Under the pieces are notes generated by a model. That model was given only the letters and a program-made list of their open reading frames with translations. It did no database searches and was not told where the DNA came from. The translations under genes and the position numbers were made by a program. A stretch of DNA of 62,992 bases, counting the filler, from Nemertoderma westbladi (taxonomy: Eukaryota; Animalia; Xenacoelomorpha): NCBI GenBank assembly GCA_032718475.1. It is 4 parts of 4 records of this genome, joined end to end, with 100 filler letters (N's around TTAATTAATTAA, not from the genome) between each part and the next. Parts side by side here need not be neighbours in the genome. Positions count along the whole stretch, not along the records: positions 49,333 to 58,478 come from JAUCBJ010003688.1; positions 58,579 to 62,992 come from JAUCBJ010003195.1; 2 more parts are not named here. The stretch is one strand, 5' to 3'. Of the stretch, positions 49,596 to 59,783 are shown in pieces; the stretch's first letter is position 1, and the number at the start of each line of letters is the position of its first letter.

Positions 49596-50372
49596 AGAGT
49601 TACCTATGGGTTTATGTGTACCAATATGAATAGGCATATTACATTACTGTAATTTAATCAAAATGCGTCGGATTTTATAAAGTTTTTACGTTAAGTTACA
49701 AATGCTACCTTATAGTGAAATAATCCATCACTACGTTTATGATATAATATACTTTTAACTCGGGATAGGCCCGGACCTATATTAGCAGATTCACCCAATG
49801 CACATAACTAGTAATTTTTATAATGAATATTAAATAAATAGTAATGCAGAGGGGCAACTGGCAGGTATCTATAGCATTGCTAGTGGCGATACCTGCCAGT
49901 TGGGGGAGGGGGGAAAGAAGGGCTGTGGATAAGAGGATTGGGTGGGTGGGTAGGGTAGATGAGGGGAGGGGAGGGGGGGGGGGGGTGGGTGGGGGGGGTT
50001 CTGTACACTGAATGTCGTATTTTAAGTTTATTTTTAATTGTATTTCTAGCTACATCGGTTCTTAGTATGGTGACTTAGTTATGATGTCGTGTTATGGTGA
50101 TCATCTGTATTGTAGTGGGGGGAGTGGGGCAGTGCTCGTATAATACTACTGGTATTTACGCTACTTTCTGACGAAGGGGTTGTACATAAGATTTTATATT
50201 TTTTAATTTTTAATATATTATCCGGGTCATGCTTATAATTTAGTAAGAAGATAATTTTTGAAATTTGTTGAGAAGCTTAATTTAGATTTATTGTATTTTA
50301 TAGAACTTGGGATTTTATTCCAAATAGAAGGGCCCTGAAAACTCAAAGATTGCTGGGTTGATGTTAGTCTGA

Positions 50373-53300
50373 CTAGTGGTAGATGGTAGTTGTCCTGAGT
50401 AGAGAGCGGGTAGAATAGTTGTGGATAGAGGAGACCTTATTGAAACGAAGGGCGATATTAGATGTTGGTTTAATAGATTTAGAATTAATTTCGTACATAA
50501 ATATACCTACTTGGTGCTTATATAGAGAGTCGAGAGGTAGAATGCCTAAAGATTTATATAGAGGAGCTGAAGAAGATTGATAATGGCTGAAAGTTATGCA
50601 TCTAATGAGCTTATTAATTTTAATACGTAGATGTTTTAGAGTAGAATTATATGTACCTCCCCAAAGTAGAATACCATAGTGCAGATAGGGATGAATTAAA
50701 GAGAAATAGAGTAGACGGAGTATATGGAGAGGGAAGATATGACGGAGTTTATAGAATATGCCAGATATTTTAGATATTTTTTTAATTATACTTCCAATAT
50801 GTGATTTCCAGTTGAGTTGTTTATCTACCCAAATTCCGAGGAATTTTGTACTAACAGTCTGTTTTATAGGGCGAGAATTTATTTGTATTAATGGAGTTTC
50901 GGTAGATGTGTTTATTGTATTAGAGAAGATTGTGTATTCAGTTTTAGTTAGATTAAGTGAGAGTCGGTTATCTACTAGCCAATTAGCAATCTTTTGTAGT
51001 TCATGATTAGTGGTATTGATTAGATGTTCAACGTTTGGGTTAGATTGGTATATAGTAGTATCGTCAGCGAAAAGCGCAGATAGTAAATTAGAAGAACTGG
51101 GAAGATCATTAATATATAGTAAGAATAGGATTGGTGAAAGAGTAGACCCTTGTGGAACTCCACAAGTTAGTGGTTCTAGAGAAGAGGTGTAGTTGTCACT
51201 AGTCACTGATTGAGTTTGGTGAGATAGGAAGCTAGTTATTAGGGAGGCCTCTGATACCGTAGGATTCAAGTTTCTTAAGTAAAATATTGTGGTTTAGGGT
51301 ATCAAAGGCTTTTTTTAGGTCTATGTATATAGCGCAAGTGGAATTTTTAAGATCTAGAGAGTCGTGGATTCGTTCGATTACTGAAAGTAGTGCGTGAGTT
51401 GTAGTTGTTTTAGGTCTGAAGCCGAATTGAGAAGATGTAAGGATTGAGTATTTGGTTAAATATGAGAGTAGTTGTTGATTAATTATTTGTTCGTAAATTT
51501 TGGATAGAACAGGTAGCAATGATATTGGTCTAAAGTTGTTAGGATCGTAGGGGTTCCCTCCCTTAAAAGATGGGATAACTCTTGCATACTTGAGTACTTT
51601 AGGGAAGAGGCCCTGTTGTATCGATAAATTAATTAAGTAGCTGAGATGTGTAGAAATAGGTTTAGCAACGTGCATTAGTAGTTTAATAGGGAAGTTGGAA
51701 GTTATCATTAGAAGATGTTTTAGGGTTTAGTTGTAGCAAATGGTATTCTACTTCTACTGGGGAGGTTTCTACTAGTGAGAATGAATTAGATTTATTATGG
51801 TTAATATAGCGGAGAGGGGATCGAGTAGAAGAGGGTATATCGTTAGCCAAAGTAGGACCTATAGTAGCGAAGTGAGTGTTTAATACATTAGCAATGCGAG
51901 TCGGGTCTGTAATTGTCTCAGTGGTAGTGTCAGTGCATAGTGTAAGCTTTTTTGGGGATTTCAGTTTAAGAGACCTGTTTGTTTAGGGCGGAGTTAATAA
52001 TGAGCCAAGTTTTACGAGTGTTATTAGCATTAGATTCAAACTGAGAAGAGTAATAGCTTCGTTCCGCTGCCCGTAAAGTAGAAGTCAATTTATTTCGGTA
52101 CTTTTTAAATTTGTTACGATTAACTTCTGTAGGATATTTTATGGATAAGCGATATAGAGCGTTTTTTTTAAGTGTACATTTTAGTAGATTATTTGTCATC
52201 CAGGGTTTAATTGTAACTTCTTTGGGGGAGGATACTTTTTTTAGGTACATGAGAGGAGCATATATTTTCTAAATTTTGATAGAATTTATCGAATTTTTCC
52301 AAATTAGGTATATCGTCAGAGTTATAAGTCCACGTGGAAGGTGAATTGATTTGTTCTAGAAATTTGTTACGGTTATATTTAGCGTAGTCAAAAACAGAGT
52401 GATTTTTGGGCAGATTAAAAAAACAGGAATATTTCTGAAAAATTGAGAATGTAAGGTGATCTGAAGTACCTACTTTACTTTGAAATGTGCCAGCTTTAGA
52501 TATAGAGGTAGTGATATTAGTAATAATGTGGTCGATTAGAGATTCGGACCAGGGAGTTATTCTAGTAGGTTGATTAATTAGTTGTAGGAAACCGTAAGAG
52601 TTTAGTAGTTCCGTGTAGCGTTTAGAGTTCGTAGTAGTCTTTAGAAGGTCAATGTTAAAGTCGCCAGTAATAATGACGTCATAGTTATGTTTAGTTAGAG
52701 CAGCCAAGGAGTCATCAAGAATGGATATCAAAGTTTCAGGAGTTTATAGTCTCAGGGCGATAGAATGTACCGATAATTAGGGGTTTGTTAGCGGGGCGTT
52801 GAATTTGGATCCATGAGTTTTCAGGGCCGTTCTGGACGTTTATTTTTAAATCAATTCTTTCTATAACGTCAAAGCCATCAGCTACGTAAATTGCTGTTCC
52901 TCCTCTTTTCAATATACCATATTTACGGTTGTCAAGGTACGGACCTTGGTAACCTGGTATTTTAATAAAATCAATGTAATCGTTTTCACAAAGAAATGTT
53001 TCTGAAAATGTAAGAATATCAAACTTTTTATTTAAAGAAAGCAGAAAGTCAGTTGTAGCAGATATATTCGTGGGAAGGCTCCTACAATTTAGATTAAAGA
53101 TTGAGAGAGTTGATTTTGATTTTAAGTCTTTGAATTCATTATTAAATTTTATTTCAGAATAATTGCATACGTCTATGTTTAAATTCGTTAAGTTTTGTTC
53201 GGGATCAATGGTTTAGGATATCCGATGTAGATGAATCGGATTTCGAGGAATTACTCTCGGAAGGCGGTTCAAATACATCGGAATCGTCTGAGTTTGTCCC

Positions 53301-53504
53301 GGAAAACGGGAAAATATCGGAGTAACAGTTTAGGCAGAAAACACCAGCACCACACCACAATAAGTCACTAACCTCGCCAGCAGACAAATGAGTACCACAG
53401 GGAATATGGAAAATTTGTGAACATATTAAACATGTAAAAGAGGGATCGGGTTTTACGATTTTTGTGTAGCAGAAATTGCAGGAGTGGGAGAGGGAATATT
53501 GCAT
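50373..53504 (-). pseudogene. LINE ORF2 (PHD finger, APE endonuclease, reverse transcriptase), multiply frameshifted
   Basis: CNFC...CLIC..IFHIPC...CLNC (PHD); TGDFNIDL, SLIDHI and SDH (EN); FRPISLL, QFGFR, DLKKAFDT, GVPQGSTLSPILFLLYINDL and FADDT (RT). Confidence 0.93.
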
Positions 53505-53900
53505 GGGAGAGGGGTAGGGTTATATACTAAATGCAGTATTAGGGGCGGGTAGACAAGTGGATTTGGTGCTCGTAATTTTGGTAGATGCTATCCGCAGTGG
53601 ACTTACAATACACGGGACTGGGCTGACAAGGACAACGGGGAAAGCTTACAATAGTCCCCTTGAGCTGGTGATACACAAAAAAAATAACGAAAACAGAACA
53701 AGGAAGAACTAGCTTGGGGATGTTACTTACTGTACTAAAAAATAAAGTTTATCTATTATTGTACTACTCTTATATAGCGGGTTTATAAAATATAGTTTTA
53801 AAAGTTATATACAAAGTTCAGAACTTAGCCGCAAGAGTGGTTTCCAAGATATCGCCATTATCATCCTCTCTTGGCGAGTAAACAGGTTGAGAATTGGGGT

Positions 53901-55002
53901 CGGAGACTCCATCCTCCAATACGTTGTAACGGAGACTCCATCCTCCAAGACGTTGTAACGGAGACTCCATCCTCCAATACGTTGTAACGGAGACTCCATC
54001 CTCCAAGACGTTGTAACGGAGACTCCATCCTCCAAGACGTTGTAACGGAGACTCCATCCTCCAAGACGTTGTAACGGAGACTCCATCCTCCAAGACGTTG
54101 TAACGGAGACTCCATCCTCCAATACGTTGTAACGGAGACTCCATCCTCCAAGACGTTGTAACGGAGACTCCATCCTCCAAGACGTTGTAACGGAGACTCC
54201 ATCCTCCAAGACGTTGTAACGGAGACTCCATCCTCCAAGACGTTGTAACGGAGACTCCATCCTCCAAGACGTTGTAACGGAGACTCCATCCTCCAAGACG
54301 TTGTAACGGAGACTCCATCCTCCAAGACGTTGTAACGGAGACTCCATCCTCCAATACGTTGTAATGGAGACTCCATCCTCCAAGACGTTGTAACGGAGAC
54401 TCCATCCTCCAAGACGTTGTAACGGAGACTCCATCCTCCAAGACGTTGTAACGGAGACTCCATCCTCCAATACGTTGTAACGGAGACTCCATCCTCCAAT
54501 ACGTTGTAACGGAGACTCCATCCTCCAAGACGTTGTAACGGAGACTCCATCCTCCAAGACGTTGTAACGGAGACTCCATCCTCCAAGACGTTGTAACGGA
54601 GACTCCATCCTCCAATACGTTGTAACGGAGACTCCATCCTCCAAGACGTTGTAACGGAGACTCCATCCTCCAATACGTTGTAACGGAGACTCCATCCTCC
54701 AAGACGTTGTAACGGAGACTCCATCCTCCAATACGTTGTAACGGAGACTCCATCCTCCAAGACGTTGTAACGGAGACTCCATCCTCCAAGACGTTGTAAC
54801 GGAGACTCCATCCTCCAAGACGTTGTAACGGAGACTCCATCCTCCAAGACGTTGTAACGGAGACTCCATCCTCCAAGACGTTGTAACGGAGACTCCATCC
54901 TCCAAGACGTTGTAACGGAGACTCCATCCTCCAAGACGTTGTAACGGAGACTCCATCCTCCAAGACGTTGTAACGGAGACTCCATCCTCCAAGACGTTGT
55001 AA
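53901..55002. repeat. 29-bp tandem array, exactly 38 units (CGGAGACTCCATCCTCCAAKACGTTGTAA)
   Basis: 1102 bp = 38 x 29, with no spacers. Variation is one G/T dimorphic site plus a single C>T at ~54365. Confidence 0.97.
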
Positions 55003-55091
55003 TATGATCCAGGAATCGAAGGAATCGGATTGAGAGATGTTCCGGCCCGAGAAGCGCTCCGAGTTTTACGTGACTCGGTTGGTATCTTTTT

Positions 55092-55364
55092 CTATCTACG
55101 ATGGTTGTCTTGAGGTCCAAACTCCTTGCGAATGTCATCGAGACTAGAGCTTGAAGTTATCGGGATTGGATTAGAATCCTCGGTTAATCTGACTAGAATC
55201 TTCCCATTTAAGGAATATGCGGCAAACACTCGACCATCCTTCTTAAGTTTAACAGCTTCTCTAAGGAGCGCTGCTCGGGGAGCAGTCAAATGATCAGAGG
55301 GATAAGTTCCCTTGTCAAACTCACTTTTATGAGCGAAAACCTCGAATCGGGTTGAGTGACGCAA
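55092..55364 (-). pseudogene. LINE ORF1 C-terminal fragment (FP25K/L1-ORF1-like)
   Basis: DHLTAPRAALLREAVKLKK...AYSLNGKILVR resembles the ORF1 C-terminal domain of CR1/L2-group elements. Confidence 0.75.
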
Positions 55365-56004
55365 ATAATTGAATCAAATAATTGTGATCCATAACAGTGA
55401 ATAACAGTGAATCAAATAATTAAAACCCATTTACACCATGGTGAACCTAGGAACATATTAAAATTAAATAAAAAACATGATGAATTTAAACAAAATACAC
55501 GCATTTCATAACGCAATAAAATTAAAATTATGGCCTATTATAAATTAATCAGTGCCGTAATCTCTATTATAAAGGAATGTCTTCATTTTGAGGCGGTATA
55601 CCCCCCTCAGGTAAAATTTTCAAATTGTTGTTTATTTATTTCACCTAGAGCAGAATTTAATGAGGATTACAAATCTGAAAACCGCTTAATGAGAACTCTT
55701 TCAGTTCTCGAGTTATCATTGTTTTTCCGAATGACGGTCTGTCCGTGAAATTGTAAGAAAGACAGAATACCGACAGACAGACAGATAGACTAGATTCCAC
55801 CAATAATTAAAACTGACATCGGAAATGAAATCAGCGACCCCGAAAACCCCCATAATGAACATTTTAGCTCGTTGGTGTGCATCCTTCGTGCCAGAAATAA
55901 TTAACCATCCAGAACACAGACAGCCAATTTTGGCGGGACGGTTTAAACTTTGAAGGGCATTTTCTCGGAATGACATTTTTCATTTTCAAATTACTACTCC
56001 TCCG

Positions 56005-56297
56005 TACGGTGGCTGAATTGTGCCACTTAATACTTTTTTTTTATTTATTTTTTTAAGGGACTTTTTGGTCGACCAATAAGTCGACTTTTTGGTCGACCAA
56101 AAAGTCGACTTATTGGTCGACCAAAAAGTACTTATTGGTCGACCAAAAAGTACTTTTTGGTCGACCAAAAAGTCGACTTATTGGTCGACCAAAAAGTACT
56201 TATTGGTCGACCAAAAAGTCGACTTATTGGTCGACCAAAAACTCGCTTCAAAAAAAAAATAAAAAAAAGTATTAGGTGGCACAATTCAGCCACTGTA
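56005..56297. mobile_element. MITE with TAC...GTA termini, 6-bp TSD and internal TTGGTCGACCAA palindrome array
   Basis: TIR TACGGTGGCTGAATTGTGCCACTTAATAC / GTATTAGGTGGCACAATTCAGCCACTGTA, with CCTCCG duplicated at 55999-56004 and 56298-56303. Confidence 0.88.
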
Positions 56298-58059
56298 CCT
56301 CCGTCATTTTTCAACCAATTTTCTTCGTTTTTCTGTGACGGGATCCAGGAAGGATCCCGATTTATCCGTTTGTCAGTTCACGCGTCCCCGCCGTGTGTGA
56401 AAGATAAAGAGTTTCTGTTGTTCGTTGTATTGCAATGTTCGAGGTATATACAATATAGATATAGATAATGATGACTGGTAATATTGTTGTACACGGAAGG
56501 CGGGAGACGGTAACTGAAATCCCGGTACTTCCCTAGCTAAACTATTCTTACAGTAGTACCAATAACACTGAGATAACTGAGGTAATATGATTACTGGTTA
56601 CTGGTTATATTGCACGGTGGCCTTATTGCTCTACTCAATCGGTGCCTTCCCCCCTCTGATTGGTTGATACCCTTGTTGGCGCCCTTTGGAGTGTCCCGTT
56701 CACTCCACCTGTTCTCTCTTGGTTAGGGGTTTGGCCCCTGACCCTTATTGTGTGGTTCACCTTCCCATTTTGTTGGGGTGGCGCGAGTTGGTTGATTGCC
56801 CAATCTCGAGGCCCCCAATATTGCTTATCGGCTTAACTTTTATGGGGTGTTAGCGGGATTGGATAAGCTAACACTCCCCCCATGCTATCTTCCCGGTGAG
56901 AAGATAGCATCAACCGAAAAGTGCGCTACAATCCCGCTGGATCCCGATCTAGCATCGGGTGTGGGGTGGAAATCTTTTCTCTCGGAGTCGGCTTTCCAGG
57001 CCGCTCCCTCTGGGTATGATAACGCTACCCTTTACGCCTGGCGTCCATGTCGGGCCGATCGTGCTCGTCTCTCACACGATTTTTGTTTCCCCAACACTTT
57101 CGCCCTTGACTCTACTCTCCTTTCACTCTACTCTCGGACTTCTCTGTCCCTTACTCAGCCTCTTACTCCTCCCCCCCCCCCTCCCACACGCTAGGATTGC
57201 ATCGGCACCCTCTCCGCACTCCGCACTATCATTCTTCCCTCGACCCCTCATTGACTACCTCATCCCCTCTGACGAATGTCACCTCCCCTCCCGTGCCGTC
57301 GCACTCAAGAAGTGTGAAGTCGTCTCGTGTCTCGTCCATAGTCCCATAGTCAATTTAGTCCCCATTCCCAGTAGCTAATTGAGAAAGGTTGTATGACTAT
57401 AGTACTTACATCGAGCATATATATATATTTCTAGATTACTGATTACTACGTACGTACATACAAATTGCACTTATATTGATTATTTAGATTGAAATTAAAT
57501 TTGTATTTAATAGTTCGCACGTCTCGCGTGGCGCCTTCCAGGCGTACCACACTAAAGTCTCAGTCTATTCCTCCCGACCTCGGGAACCTCCCCGTCTCTC
57601 TCGAGATGGCTTCCTCCCTGGGTCGCTTCCTAGTCACTATCGCTCCCCTGGGATCTGCTTTCTGTCTTCTCCTGTCTAGCGATTTCTTCCAATCGCTTCG
57701 CTTCCCATCTATCCTATTCTATTCTATCAGTTACTTTTATTGTGTTCCAGAATGATTTTCCTACTGTTACCATAATTTGTAACTTCCAGCCCTATCCTAT
57801 TTATTTTGTTTTGTTTTGTCCTACTGTGCTACTACTTACTATTGCCTATGGATTATCCTACTCTCTAATCCACATTCTGGCCTACTCTGTGGGCCTATGC
57901 AGTACAACAGTATACGTCGCGTGGCCACACGATTTATCCAGCTGTACCCATATGCCCCCCTCTAACTGCTAACTAATATCTATGTCGTATATACCCCTCT
58001 ACCTCTATCTCTTACTAACTAGTACTTTCTTACTAATTCTCACTCTCTCTCTCTAACTG

Positions 58060-58478
58060 TCGGTACTACGTACCCTTTAACTACCTACTCTCTTACGGTA
58101 CTACATACCTTCTAACTCTTACTCTCTAGCTAGTTAGCGGTACTACGTACCCTCAACCAACTAACTATCCTAACTCTTACTCTCTAGCTAGTTAGCGGTA
58201 CTACGTACCCTCAACCAACTAACTATTCTAACTCTTACTAACCAATGGTACTACGTACCCTCTGACTCTTACTCTCTAGCTAGTTAGCGGTACTACGTAC
58301 CCTCAACCAACTAACTATTCTAACTCTTACTAACCAATGGTACTACGTATCCTCTGACTCTTACTCTCTAGCTAGCTAGCGGTACTACGTACCCTCAACT
58401 AGCTAACTAACTAACTAACTCTTACTCTCTAGCTAGCTAGCGGTACTACGTACCCTCAACTAACTAACTAACTAACTC
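58060..58478. repeat. Complex minisatellite built from GGTACTACGTACC, CTCTTACTCTCTAGCTAG and (AACT)n
   Basis: About ten GGTACTACGTACC cores with variable spacers, running into the gap. Confidence 0.88.
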
Positions 58479-58578
58479 NNNNNNNNNNNNNNNNNNNNNN
58501 NNNNNNNNNNNNNNNNNNNNNNTTAATTAATTAANNNNNNNNNNNNNNNNNNNNNNNNNNNNNNNNNNNNNNNNNNNN
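58479..58578. other. Artificial contig spacer
   Basis: 44 N + TTAATTAATTAA + 44 N. Confidence 0.97.
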
Positions 58579-59783
58579 ACTGTAACTTCAGTAAATAAGA
58601 AAGTCTTCTGTCCGACCTACGTAGAAACCGAAACGTAAAAAGTATCACCCTTATGAACTATAATGTCTGAAAATGTACTGTTGTAGGCAACTTACAGGAA
58701 ATATCGTAGTACCGGGTACTGTAATAAGCCACAGTACATAGATATCAGCACAGCACCCTGTAACAAATAAAAACTATTACCATCACATAACGAACTTAAA
58801 TGAATTTGTAACTTGTGCTATTGAATCCCGTTTATTGTGTGCCATAGTTAAGCTATACCTTCCCATTAATTGATAATTAACATAGATGATAACTCAGTTA
58901 GAACTAATTCTGGAACTTATTATTTATTGGGTACGTACCACTCCGCGTCAAAACTTCTAATTTTTTTTTATTATTTAATCTAGAGAAGAATTTAATGAGG
59001 ATTTCAAATCTGTAAACTGCTTCTTTTTGTTCTCAAGTCATCGTAAACAGACCATAAACAGATAATTTTCGCGTGGTTTAAACCTTGAAGGTAGTTATCT
59101 CTGAACGAAATTTTTAATTTACAAATTACTACTCCTCCGCCATTTTCCAACCAAATTTATATATTTTGGGTCATTCGAAAGGGTTTCGGTGGTTCTTTTA
59201 AAGACATCGTAGGGAATTTTTATAAATATTTTCATTTTGTTATCCTTATTACAGATAGGGGTAGAAAATGGATGCAATAAAAATTCATCCCTCTCGGGAA
59301 ATTCGACGCAAATAACAGCTGATTACTCTCAAAAATAAAACTGTAACCTGTTCTATTGTGTTTAGTTTATTGTTTTGGTTAAAATAACGTGCCACTGTAA
59401 CCTGGTCCTTTCCATAAATTGATAATTTAACAGTCCCCCCCCCCGTCTCCCTTATTAAGTGTTTTATAGCGTTTATTTCTATTCTATAAAATGCAGTGTA
59501 CAGGTACTAATTCGTTTACTGTTTTGGTTAGATTCAGCCCTTCTGTACAAAGTTTTTGTGTGGACCGTATAATTGGTATCTCGTTCCAGATAATAGGGCC
59601 CTGATACTGTATGGACATTTGTCTACGGACAGTACGAAAGCGAGGAATAAAGAAATTAGTATTGTATCCAGTACCAGCATTTTGTCTACCTTCATGTTGT
59701 TTTTGTTCTTAATTACCTAATGACTAATTTCTGTATGAAATACAATAAATTAAAACATATCAAATATATTTTATCCGCCCTAT

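Larger units (their letters stand above)
49810..55365 (-). mobile_element. CR1/L2-group (Crack-like) LINE, 5'-truncated within ORF1
   Basis: Order on the minus strand: ORF1 C-terminus (55092-55364), array, spacer, then ORF2 with PHD, APE endonuclease and RT, then a 3' UTR with a stem-loop. Confidence 0.92.

Noticed and set aside
53901-55002. CRISPR array (29-bp partly palindromic repeat)
   Set aside because: There are no spacers and no cas genes, and the context is a eukaryotic LINE.
58060-58478. CRISPR-like repeat-spacer array
   Set aside because: The spacers are themselves repeated and low-complexity.
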